A DNA stretch of 64,000 nt from Candidatus Coproplasma sp. (GCA_051884135.1 JBJEVC010000003.1:272-64271); one strand, 5' to 3'; counted from the stretch's first letter, positions 8,014 through 16,178 are shown. Translations and numbers: made by a program. The notes: generated from the letters alone by a model not told the origin.

Positions 8014-10224
8014 ATGAAAACAAAGACAAGGAAATTAATAGCCGCAGTTGCGGCAACCGCCTTGCTCGGCACTGCTGTCGGCGTAGGCGTTTATGCATTA
8101 AACAATTCTACTGAAAACGACTTCGGCTTTAAGGGCACATATTCCCTTAACGCTTTAGCGGATAACGCAGCCGCTTCAACTGTTACTGTTGCAGGTAAAT
8201 CCATTGATACAACTACAACTTTAACTCTTAAATCTTCGGATGCTGAACAGGCTTATACGCTTTTCGTTACAATTGTAGATACCGACGATATGACTGAACT
8301 TGCTGATATTAACGTTGGTTATACTGTTGGCGGAAATACTTATAATGCTCAGGCTTCGGGCTTATCCAACGTTGTTTACAGTTCTCTTACAGTTAATACG
8401 GGTAATGAAGAAGAGCCTACGGCAACAGTTACTGCAGCAGAGCTTGCAACAAGCTTTACTTCAACAATTACAAGCCCTAAACTTGTAATTGCAGAAGTTG
8501 AAGGTGATTTGAGTGCATCAACTTCTGAACTTACAATTACAGCTGCATTAAGCGCAAGCAATGTTAATGTTAAAGTAACTGGTCAGTGTGATGCTACAGC
8601 AGGCACGGATACCATAAAAGATGCTTTTGGTCAGGAATTAACTATAGCTAGCAGTAATGCAACTTTAGGTGCAGATCCTTTCTATGTAAATACAGCAAAG
8701 ACCGTTTATTTTGAAGGTGAAGGCAAAACCTTCCGTATTCCTGCTAGTGGATATCTTCAGACAACCGGTGCAGAAGCTCCTTTATATGTTGACTTAACCG
8801 ACTATGAAGAGGGTGTTGATATGTTGCTTACTATTAATGCAAGTTCAACCGGTAGTTCAAATGTAGGTCATTTGAATAGATATCTAATAATAAAGGGCAA
8901 TGGTCAGGATTTAGAATCCCAGTCATTAAACGTATCGGGTAGTGGAATAGATTGTAAGTTTATCGTTAAATCTGGTTATAAGTATCAAATTGACAATAGT
9001 AACGGTTTGAGAATATACAGCATTAGCTATGCTACAGCAACTGAAACTGATGCTGCTGACGTTTTAACCCAAGTAACCGTTACCGTAAAGGATAAGTTAG
9101 GTAATACTATTGCAACCATTACGGAAGATTCAACTCTTACCCGTCCTACGTTATACGTTGGTAGTGCATTGACTTCTGCTGGCGCAACTGCCACAATTAC
9201 TGCCGCATTGCCTGAAAACGCTACTTGGGACAAAAATATTTATACCGATGAAGCTTGTACAAAGCCATATAGTGAAATGACTCGTTTGACTGGCGACATA
9301 ACACTTTATGTTGACGTTGCTTATCCTACCGACGTTGTTGTAAATTACGGTGGTGGAGCAAAAACTATAACAAAGACTATTGGCTCCGAGCTTACGTTAG
9401 ACGAAATTGTAGCTGCCCTTGCAATTACTGTTGCAGATAATCAAAAGCTCGTATGCAAAGTTGAGAGCGCTGAAGTAACGTTGCCCATTACAGTTGTTGC
9501 AGGTTTAACTATAGATGCAGAATTAGTTACAGCTACAACAATCACTATAACCTATACTGATGCTGATGAAGTTGTTACAAACGTTGGCGAAGTAAAGATT
9601 ACTGCCCAAACTGACATGACCTATGCTGAATTAGCCGCTTGCGTTACGACTATTCCTTCAGGTATGGAGCTTTCAGCTATTACTGTAGATGGTAAAAAAT
9701 ATGAATCAGGTTATGCTGAATTAATAACAATTGATGCAGAATGTATCATAACCGCAACGTTTGTTGCTGCTTCGGCAAAGACTGATACGATAGATATAAG
9801 TACATTAGAAAGTTCTTATGCTGCAGATTCTACAGTATATGACGGTACACTCTTCACGATGTCAACCAAGATTAAACTAACGAAAAAGAGCGATTATATT
9901 GTTACCAATTCAGGTAAAACAGATAGTAGTAGTACTCCCATAGTCTTCACAGCTAAACAAAATATTACATTATCTTTAAAGGCTAATGTGGGTAATTCAG
10001 GTTTGACTGGCAGTTTTACTGATACTAACAATGTTATCTATCAAGTCTATAATAGTGATGGAACAGCGAGTGGAGATGCAGTGTCAACGGTTACAACAAA
10101 AACCTCAACATTTATTGATCTTAATATTACTTTGGAAGCAGGGCAGTATGTAAATCTGTATTTTACAACTAGTTCATCTTCTACTCGTTATTTAGGTTTC
10201 TCATCAATTTCTGCAACAACCTAA
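8014..10224 (+). CDS. large Thr/Ala/Ser/Val-rich secreted or membrane-anchored protein of unknown function
   Basis: GAGGGA RBS before the ATG at 8014 (the track start at 7999 is TTG). N-terminal signal/anchor KLIAAVAATALLGTAVGVGVYA. Two related beta-rich modules, ending ...LRIYSISYA and ...RYLGFSSISATT. No LPXTG motif. Confidence 0.8.
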   Translation: MKTKTRKLIAAVAATALLGTAVGVGVYALNNSTENDFGFKGTYSLNALADNAAASTVTVAGKSIDTTTTLTLKSSDAEQAYTLFVTIVDTDDMTELADINVGYTVGGNTYNAQASGLSNVVYSSLTVNTGNEEEPTATVTAAELATSFTSTITSPKLVIAEVEGDLSASTSELTITAALSASNVNVKVTGQCDATAGTDTIKDAFGQELTIASSNATLGADPFYVNTAKTVYFEGEGKTFRIPASGYLQTTGAEAPLYVDLTDYEEGVDMLLTINASSTGSSNVGHLNRYLIIKGNGQDLESQSLNVSGSGIDCKFIVKSGYKYQIDNSNGLRIYSISYATATETDAADVLTQVTVTVKDKLGNTIATITEDSTLTRPTLYVGSALTSAGATATITAALPENATWDKNIYTDEACTKPYSEMTRLTGDITLYVDVAYPTDVVVNYGGGAKTITKTIGSELTLDEIVAALAITVADNQKLVCKVESAEVTLPITVVAGLTIDAELVTATTITITYTDADEVVTNVGEVKITAQTDMTYAELAACVTTIPSGMELSAITVDGKKYESGYAELITIDAECIITATFVAASAKTDTIDISTLESSYAADSTVYDGTLFTMSTKIKLTKKSDYIVTNSGKTDSSSTPIVFTAKQNITLSLKANVGNSGLTGSFTDTNNVIYQVYNSDGTASGDAVSTVTTKTSTFIDLNITLEAGQYVNLYFTTSSSSTRYLGFSSISATT

Positions 10225-10253
10225 TTTAATAATTTTATTAGATTGAGCTATGA

Positions 10254-10287
10254 AACGGCGGTGCTTCGGCACCGCCGTCTTATTTTG
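10254..10287 (+). terminator. Rho-independent terminator
   Basis: Stem aacggcggtgc / gcaccgccgt(c)t around loop ttcg, then tattttg. Confidence 0.85.
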
Positions 10288-10310
10288 CCCCAACACAACC
10301 CGTCATTGCG

Positions 10311-10527
10311 CCCGTCCCCCCCAACCGTCATTGCGAAGCGGCTTATAGCCGCTGCGGCAATCCCAGACTCCCAACCACCTAACCAATTCTTAAATATTCT
10401 CACCACATTTATTATTTATTCATTTTTCTTTATTCTTTATTCTTTTAGCATATTGCTCCGCCCAAAACCCCGACGAGATTGCCACGCACTCCTTGCAGTC
10501 GTGTCTCGCAATGACGGTGGGGGGGGG
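10311..10527. repeat. MITE/REP-like element with imperfect ~50-bp inverted termini and an AT-rich core
   Basis: Left end is cccccccaaccgtcattgcgaagcggc..gcggcaatccc. The right end, reverse-complemented, reads cccccccaccgtcattgcgagac..gtggcaatctc. Core atttattatttattcatttttctttattctttattctttta (10407-10447). Confidence 0.7.
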
Positions 10528-10557
10528 TAGATAAAGAAATCGGTTTGAAAAATTTTT

Positions 10558-11016
10558 TCAAACCGATTTCTTCTTAAATATTCTTTTAACCTTATTTATA
10601 ACCTTCTTGAACGGAATTCGTATAAACGCCGTCAGCTTCCAAAAAAGGGAGTAGGACTTATAGCCGAAACTATTTTTAACTTCAATCTCCTTTCCGTTGC
10701 GCCAGATTCGCTCTAAAACGCCCAAAATCTTGTCCTTTGGTACATACTCTTTAGCAACGCAATTATCGCCCCTGATGACGTAAATATCGCCTTTAATCTT
10801 AAGCACTCGGTGCAGAACGCACACTCTGCCGTCTGCGCCTTCATACAGTGCAACGTCGCCCTTTTTCGGCAAGCCTTTAACAATCATCACGGTGTCCTTG
10901 CCCTGCCGAAGCAGTGGGAGCATGCTCACGCCCGTAACTTTGGTTATGTGGTAGCCGTATTTCTCCAGATCTTCTCTCGGGGATAAGGCTATAATTTCGT
11001 CCATATCACTCATCAA
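10558..11016 (-). CDS. S24/S26 family Ser-Lys peptidase (signal-peptidase/LexA-like fold)
   Basis: VTGVSMLPLL nucleophile motif and a downstream LHRVLKIKGD Lys motif. 11-nt overlap with the upstream PqqD-like gene. Confidence 0.75.
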   Translation of the reverse strand: MMSDMDEIIALSPREDLEKYGYHITKVTGVSMLPLLRQGKDTVMIVKGLPKKGDVALYEGADGRVCVLHRVLKIKGDIYVIRGDNCVAKEYVPKDKILGVLERIWRNGKEIEVKNSFGYKSYSLFWKLTAFIRIPFKKVINKVKRIFKKKSV

Positions 11017-11263
11017 TAAAGCCGTTCTTCTTTAAAAGTTCCACCGTATTTTTTACAGCTTGCGTTGCCTGCTCATTTGTAGCTTCATATTCGCTCAAAA
11101 CTGCCGCAACGAGCTCTTCTTCGGTTGCGCCGTTTTCAAGTTTCTTCCAAAGATAAGCGGCAATTTCGTTCATTTTAATTACGCCTGAAAAGTCGCTCCC
11201 TACAGGAATAGCAACAACCTGACCGTCAAGTTCTTTTAAGATAAAACCCTTTTTAATTTTCAT
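11006..11263 (-). CDS. PqqD family protein (RiPP recognition element-like)
   Basis: 85 aa from the ATG at 11263, with a GAAGGGGG RBS. Small winged-helix-like protein: ...LNEIAAYLWKKLENGATEEELVAAVLSEYEA...AVKNTVELLKKNGFI. 4-nt ATGA overlap with the kinase-like gene. Confidence 0.75.
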   Translation of the reverse strand: MKIKKGFILKELDGQVVAIPVGSDFSGVIKMNEIAAYLWKKLENGATEEELVAAVLSEYEATNEQATQAVKNTVELLKKNGFIDE

Positions 11264-11958
11264 AATTTTAACCCCCTTCTCGCCACGATAGCCGCTTCGT
11301 CGCTGATAGTACAGCTCATCTCGTAGCACTTAACCTTTTTTGAAAGTTCATTCAATAACTCTGTTAGCCTTAATCTATGCTCGGTTTCTTTAGGGAAGGA
11401 AACCTGTAAAAAGGTTTTCATAAACGCTTCATCAGCCGAAATTTGCCTGATTTCGTTTTTCTCTCCCCGTTTTAAAAAAACTATTGCCTTTAGCGGTGCT
11501 TTGCCGTTATAGCCTGCGTTTTCCTTGCCCTGCCAGGGCGAACCGTATGCGGTAAATTCCTGCCCGTCATAGTGCAAAATCGGCTTATCACCGTTTAAAA
11601 CCTTGCAGTCTTTAAAATTTTTAAGCCAAAGCGCAATGTGTGTGCTCTTGCCGACGCCGCTCTTTGCCGCAAACGCAACCGCCTTGCCGCCCACTTCCAA
11701 AGTGGCAGAGTGGAACAAAAAACGGTCGAAGTCTATCATCTTTTCCGCAACGTTCCTGCATACGCAGGCATTTTCGCAGTACTGCTCAACCCTTAATTCG
11801 GAAAGTTCCATCTCTTTGGCAATTTCTTCATCGGTGCATTTTGCCGTAAATGCCGCCTTACCTTCCGAAAGATACCCTTCAACGAACCTGTCGTTTATCT
11901 CATAGCGGAAGTCAAGGTCAATTAATAAATCTGCAATTTTTACAGTAACCATATTCAA
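11260..11958 (-). CDS. HPr kinase C-terminal-domain-like P-loop protein
   Basis: FHSATLEVGGKAVAFAAKSGVGKSTHIALWL...LNGDKPIL matches the hHAs..v.G.avl..G.SG.GKST ... DD pattern of HprK-related kinases. Confidence 0.7.
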   Translation of the reverse strand: MNMVTVKIADLLIDLDFRYEINDRFVEGYLSEGKAAFTAKCTDEEIAKEMELSELRVEQYCENACVCRNVAEKMIDFDRFLFHSATLEVGGKAVAFAAKSGVGKSTHIALWLKNFKDCKVLNGDKPILHYDGQEFTAYGSPWQGKENAGYNGKAPLKAIVFLKRGEKNEIRQISADEAFMKTFLQVSFPKETEHRLRLTELLNELSKKVKCYEMSCTISDEAAIVARRGLKL

Positions 11959-12087
11959 CTTTTATTATATAACATTACCCCTTAAAAGTCAATTCCCTAC
12001 TCTGTCCGCCGCAACAATTTTGCCACTTAATTAACAAAACCCGTCAATAACAAATAAGACCCTGACGATAAGTCAAAGTCTTATTTG

Positions 12088-12172
12088 TGGTGGGAGGAGG
12101 TGGATTCGAACCACCGAAGTCGGAGACGTCAGATTTACAGTCTGATGCATTTGGCCACTCTGCAATCCGCCC
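12088..12172 (-). tRNA. tRNA-Tyr (GTA)
   Basis: Cloverleaf read by eye: anticodon loop ctGTAaa, long variable arm, T-arm ggtgg-ttcgaat-ccacc, encoded CCA. One C4:U69 acceptor mismatch. Confidence 0.8.
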
Positions 12173-12209
12173 AAAATATTAAGTTTACCGATAAACGGGG
12201 GTAGGTGTG

Positions 12210-12285
12210 TGGAGCTGGTGACTGGACTTGAACCCGCGACCGGCTGATTACAAATCAGCTGCTCTACCAACTGAGCTACACCAGC
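12210..12285 (-). tRNA. tRNA-Thr (TGT)
   Basis: Acceptor gctggtg/caccagc, D-arm tagctcagttggtagagc, anticodon loop ttTGTaa, encoded CCA. Confidence 0.85.
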
Positions 12286-12307
12286 AAAACCGCTTAATAA
12301 TTTTAAG

Positions 12308-12383
12308 TGGTGCCTTGGGGTGGAATCGAACCGCCGACATAAGGATTTTCAGTCCTCCGCTCTACCAACTGAGCTACCAAGGC
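12308..12383 (-). tRNA. tRNA-Phe (GAA)
   Basis: Acceptor gccttgg/ccaaggc, anticodon loop ctGAAaa, T-loop ttcgatt, encoded CCA. Confidence 0.85.
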
Positions 12384-12418
12384 GTATTTAAGCACCTTTT
12401 AAAGGTGCTTAAGAAGTT

Positions 12419-12495
12419 TGGCGACCCGAAACGGGCTCGAACCGTCGACCTCCAGCGTGACAGGCTGGCGCTCTAACCAACTGAGCTATCGGGCC
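12419..12495 (-). tRNA. tRNA-Asp (GTC)
   Basis: Acceptor ggcccga/tcgggtc, anticodon loop ctGTCac, T-arm gacgg-ttcgagc-ccgtt, encoded CCA. Confidence 0.9.
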
Positions 12496-12539
12496 AAATA
12501 TTTTAAAACGTTGTCGTTATAAAAACTATTAAATTTAAT

Positions 12540-12558
12540 TGGTGGGCCTTCACGGACT
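12540..12558 (-). repeat. 19-nt duplicate of the 3' end of the adjacent tRNA(CAT) gene (T-loop end, T-stem, acceptor, CCA)
   Basis: tggtgggccttcacggact is identical to 12658-12676. The upstream sequence does not form a tRNA. Confidence 0.85.
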
Positions 12559-12657
12559 ACTTCGCACTTTCGTGCTCGTGCCACTGCAAGCAGTGGGGCG
12601 AACCTGCGCTTCGAGTCAATCTATGTGCCGACAAAAGCTAAACACAAATAATTTAAG

Positions 12658-12734
12658 TGGTGGGCCTTCACGGACTCGAACCGCGGACCAATCGGTTATG
12701 AGCCGACCGCTCTAACCAACTGAGCTAAAGGCCC
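12658..12734 (-). tRNA. tRNA with CAT anticodon (elongator Met or Ile2; not initiator-like)
   Basis: Acceptor gggcctt/aaggccc with G1-C72, anticodon loop ctCATaa, no GGG/CCC anticodon stem, encoded CCA. Confidence 0.85.
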
Positions 12735-12954
12735 TCATCAACGCAAAGTGATTTCCACACAACGCTTGTATATAATAATATAACCAGCATTTTTTGTCAA
12801 GTGTTTTTTAAACGTATTTATTTAATTTTTAAAAAATTTTTGTCTTGTTAAAAATAGACCTTTTCGACCAAAAAAGAGTTAAAAACCCATATTTAACTAA
12901 AATATTCGTTTCTTGCAAATGTATTATAAAGAAAAACTTCAGGGGCGTAGGTCA

Positions 12955-13266
12955 ATGAAAATAATTGAAGGTATCGCAGGCGGAGCGCTTTATATAAAGC
13001 TCGTCGGTGAGATGGACGAATACTCTGCCCAAGCCGTACGCATACGGTGCGACAAACTAATCGAGAGCAATGCAACCGTTAAAAAGATAGTAATCAATCT
13101 TTCGGAAGTTGAGTTTATGGATTCTACGGGAATAGGCTTTCTTATTGGCAGGTATAAAAAGGCTTCAAGGCTTAATATTCCCTTATACGTTGAATCACCC
13201 AACGTTGCTGCGGACAAAATTTTAAATTTAAGCGGTATATATTCGCTTATACCGAAGGCGGAATAA
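12955..13266 (+). CDS. spoIIAA: anti-sigma F factor antagonist SpoIIAA (STAS domain)
   Basis: ATG at 12955 after AGGGG. The EFMDSTGIGFLIGRY phospho-Ser motif region. Followed by spoIIAB and sigF. Confidence 0.9.
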   Translation: MKIIEGIAGGALYIKLVGEMDEYSAQAVRIRCDKLIESNATVKKIVINLSEVEFMDSTGIGFLIGRYKKASRLNIPLYVESPNVAADKILNLSGIYSLIPKAE

Positions 13267-13268
13267 AG

Positions 13269-13706
13269 ATGACGAAGAACTATTTAAAGCTACAATTTTA
13301 TTCTCTTCCGCAAAATCAAGCGTTTGCAAGGGATGCTGTCGCTGCGTTTTGCCTTGAATTAAACCCCACCATCTCCGACTTGTCCGACGTAAAAACCGCC
13401 GTATCCGAAGCTGTGACAAACTGCACCGTGCATGCGTACAGGGGCAATTTAGGCATAATTACCATTGAATGCGAAGTTCAAGAGGAATGTGTACATATAA
13501 AGATAAGCGATACGGGTAAGGGCATACCGGACGTTGAAAAAGCCGTTCAGCCCTTCTATACCACGCTACCTGAAGATGAACGTTCCGGCATGGGCTTTAC
13601 TATTATGCAGACGTTTATGGACGAGTTCAGAGTCAGTTCGGTTCAGGGCGAAGGTACCGTAGTCTATATGGTTAAATGCTTTAAACCGGAAGTAGAGAAT
13701 GCTTGA
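13269..13706 (+). CDS. spoIIAB: anti-sigma F factor SpoIIAB (Ser kinase)
   Basis: HATPase motifs EAVTNCTVHAY, DTGKGIPD, ERSGMGFTIM. Operon position supports the call. Confidence 0.9.
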   Translation: MTKNYLKLQFYSLPQNQAFARDAVAAFCLELNPTISDLSDVKTAVSEAVTNCTVHAYRGNLGIITIECEVQEECVHIKISDTGKGIPDVEKAVQPFYTTLPEDERSGMGFTIMQTFMDEFRVSSVQGEGTVVYMVKCFKPEVENA

Positions 13707-14424
13707 CCAAACAACTTGTAATAAACTGATACGCAAGGCAAAGGCAGGGGACAACGACGCAAAGGAACGCCTGCTCTGTGAAAACACAAATCTTATCAAA
13801 TCAATCGTTAAGCGTTACCTTAATAAGGGGGTAGAGTACGACGATTTGTTTCAGCTTGCTTCAATGGGGCTTTTAAAGGCGATAGCAGGCTTTGACGAGA
13901 GTTATAACGTCAGGTTCTCGACCTATGCCGTACCTATGATTTCGGGTGAGATTAAACGCTTTATGCGTGACGACGGGAGCATCAAGGTATCCCGTGCGAT
14001 AAAGGCGCAGGCGAAGCAGATTAATGAGTTCGTTGAGCAATATACGGCAGCTAACGGCGTTCAGCCGTCTATAAAAGCGATATCCGAAAAATTCGGTATG
14101 CCGCAGAGCGAAGTGGTATTCACTATGGGTTCGTCAAGAATGCCAGTATCGATTTATGCGCAGGGAGATTATAAGGACGAGAAGTCCAAACTACTGCTGG
14201 ACAAGCTCCCCGTAGACGACAAGCAGGAAGAGCTTTTAGACGTGTTAGAGCTCCGTTCGGCAATAGCAGACTTGCCCGACAGGGACAAAAAGGTCATAAT
14301 GCTGCGCTACTTCAGGGATATGACGCAGGCGGAAGTGGCAGAAAGTCTTGGCGTTTCGCAGGTTCAGGTGTCACGCATCGAGAGCAGGATAATGCAGACG
14401 TTCCGCAACAAATTGACGGGTTAA
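13699..14424 (+). CDS. sigF: sporulation sigma factor SigF
   Basis: FSTYAVPMISGEIKRFMRDDGSIKVSR and TQAEVAESLGVSQVQVSRIESRI. Overlaps the spoIIAB stop. Confidence 0.9.
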   Translation: MLDQTTCNKLIRKAKAGDNDAKERLLCENTNLIKSIVKRYLNKGVEYDDLFQLASMGLLKAIAGFDESYNVRFSTYAVPMISGEIKRFMRDDGSIKVSRAIKAQAKQINEFVEQYTAANGVQPSIKAISEKFGMPQSEVVFTMGSSRMPVSIYAQGDYKDEKSKLLLDKLPVDDKQEELLDVLELRSAIADLPDRDKKVIMLRYFRDMTQAEVAESLGVSQVQVSRIESRIMQTFRNKLTG

Positions 14425-14475
14425 AGTCTAACGGGTTGATAAAGCCGCAAAAGCTCTGTCAACCCGTTTTTATAA

Positions 14476-16005
14476 TTAAAGCATAGGCGTAAGTACGGCT
14501 AAAAGACTGTTAATAGCCCTTACAAAACCGTTCTGTTTATAATTTTCTTTTGTGATTAAAGTGGAAATCGCTATTGAGTGTTCTAAATCTTCTTTAATAT
14601 CCTTAATGCAGGGAGTTTTGTACATAACCACGCCGTCTTCAAAGTGGTGAACAAGGCTTCTGTAATCGAAGTTAATTGTGCCGACGAAGGCTATTTCGTC
14701 GTCGATCAAAACGCTCTTTGCGTGCATAAAGCCGGGAGTGTACTCATAGACCTTGACGCCAGCCTTCATCAGTGCGGGGAATTTGGAGCGTGTGATATTG
14801 AAAATAATCTTTTTGTCGGGAACGTGCGGTACGATAATCCTAACGTCAACGCCCCTGTATGCGGCATTTTTGATTGCTGACGTCAAATTGTAATCGGTGA
14901 TGAAATACGGCGTTGTTATATAGACGTATTTCTTTGCGGAGTTAATCATATTGATAAAGTTGTTTTCACCGATAAGCTCCGAATAGTAGGGCTTCGGACC
15001 GTCGCCGAAGGGGAAGACGTAACCGCCGTCTTCAAACCTTTGACAATCACTGTCGAGATATTTAGAATAATCGGACAGCTTCTTTGAAGTCAAATCGTAG
15101 AGCTGTAAAAACATAACGGTTAGATTTACGGCGGCAGGACCTTCGATTTTAACCGCAGTATCCTTCCAATAACCGTACTTATAGACAATGTTTGCGTATT
15201 CGTCGCCTACGTTAATGCCGCCCGTGTAGCCGACCTTGCCGTCGATAACAGTTATTTTTCGGTGGTCTCGGTAGTTGTAAACGCCCGAAACGAAGGGGCG
15301 GAAGGAATTGAACTTATAACAATCGATACCTTCTTTTCTTAAAGTTCGGTAGTACTCCGTTCTCTGCAGACCGGAATTGCCTATGTCGTCATAGAGAATT
15401 TTAACTTCAACGCCTTGCGAAACCTTGCGTTTTAATATTTCGTGAATACTATCCCAGATTTTCCCTTCGGATAAGATAAAGTATTCCATAAAAATATATT
15501 TTTCAGCTTTTTCGAGTTGTGCCAACAGGTCAGGGAAGAATTCTTCTCCGCACTTAAAGTAGGTAACCCTGCTATCGAAGTGTCCGCACATAAAGGTGTT
15601 TTTGTTTAAATACCTGTCTATACCGCAAATATCGGGACATTCGCTTGTAAGCCTTTCCGATTCGTCGAACGTATGGGTGACGTAATGCTTGGTGTGTTCA
15701 TATATGGTTTTTAAGCGTCTGTCCTGTTTTTTAGTTAATCTGGGGTTGGCGAATAACAGATAGCAGATAATACCGAAAAGCGGAAATATGAATATGAGTA
15801 TGAGCCAGGGTACTTTAAACTCCGGCAACTCGTCTTTGTTTATAATATACAGCACTACCAAAAAGCCTGCTATCACCTCTAAAACCATAAACGGAGTGAA
15901 CAGGACGTTTAAAAGGAAAAATAATGTAACCATTATAGTAACCTGAAGCAAAAGCAACAGGGCTACAAGGAAATATTTACTGAATAACTGTTTTAAAAAT
16001 CTCAA
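14476..16005 (-). CDS. cls: cardiolipin synthase
   Basis: N-terminal TM helices and two PLD HKD motifs (HRKITVIDG, HAKSVLIDD). TTG start with an AGGGGG RBS. Confidence 0.9.
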   Translation of the reverse strand: MRFLKQLFSKYFLVALLLLLQVTIMVTLFFLLNVLFTPFMVLEVIAGFLVVLYIINKDELPEFKVPWLILIFIFPLFGIICYLLFANPRLTKKQDRRLKTIYEHTKHYVTHTFDESERLTSECPDICGIDRYLNKNTFMCGHFDSRVTYFKCGEEFFPDLLAQLEKAEKYIFMEYFILSEGKIWDSIHEILKRKVSQGVEVKILYDDIGNSGLQRTEYYRTLRKEGIDCYKFNSFRPFVSGVYNYRDHRKITVIDGKVGYTGGINVGDEYANIVYKYGYWKDTAVKIEGPAAVNLTVMFLQLYDLTSKKLSDYSKYLDSDCQRFEDGGYVFPFGDGPKPYYSELIGENNFINMINSAKKYVYITTPYFITDYNLTSAIKNAAYRGVDVRIIVPHVPDKKIIFNITRSKFPALMKAGVKVYEYTPGFMHAKSVLIDDEIAFVGTINFDYRSLVHHFEDGVVMYKTPCIKDIKEDLEHSIAISTLITKENYKQNGFVRAINSLLAVLTPML

Positions 16006-16178
16006 GTGCGCCCCCTGAAGACAGTTTAAAATATATATAATATTATACCATCAACAAAAGTTCATTTCAAGTTATGGAGTTGTTTAAATTGTGAAATCTG
16101 TATGACCTGCCCTGAACTTGCTTTTTAACCCAAAATGTGGTATAATATATAAAGAGAAAATGTGAAAGGTGGAAACTT

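Noticed and set aside
7718-8098. 126-aa minus-strand ORF and 72-aa plus-strand ORF (7731-7949) across the lipoprotein gene.
   Set aside because: Both are alternative-frame readings of the ~42-bp tandem repeats. They give monotonous R/F/L- or K/L-rich translations, have no RBS, and are fully contained in a better-supported lipoprotein gene.
10243-10530. 95-aa ORF downstream of the large surface protein.
   Set aside because: It runs through a terminator hairpin, the inverted repeat units and the AT-rich core of the MITE-like element. Its low-complexity translation is typical of repeat artefacts.
12088-12383. Possible tRNA pseudogenes: C4:U69 mismatch in the tRNA-Tyr acceptor, and 51:63 mismatches in the T-stems of tRNA-Thr and tRNA-Phe.
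   Set aside because: All other arms, the conserved D- and T-loop residues, the anticodon loops and the encoded CCA are intact. Single mismatches are tolerated in functional tRNAs. This needs tRNAscan-SE scoring rather than a by-eye call.
12073-12476. ORFs of 65 and 82 aa across the tRNA cluster, and the 70-aa ORF at 17116-17328.
   Set aside because: They are translations of tRNA genes or of the tRNA-adjacent repeat and terminator sequence. None has an RBS.
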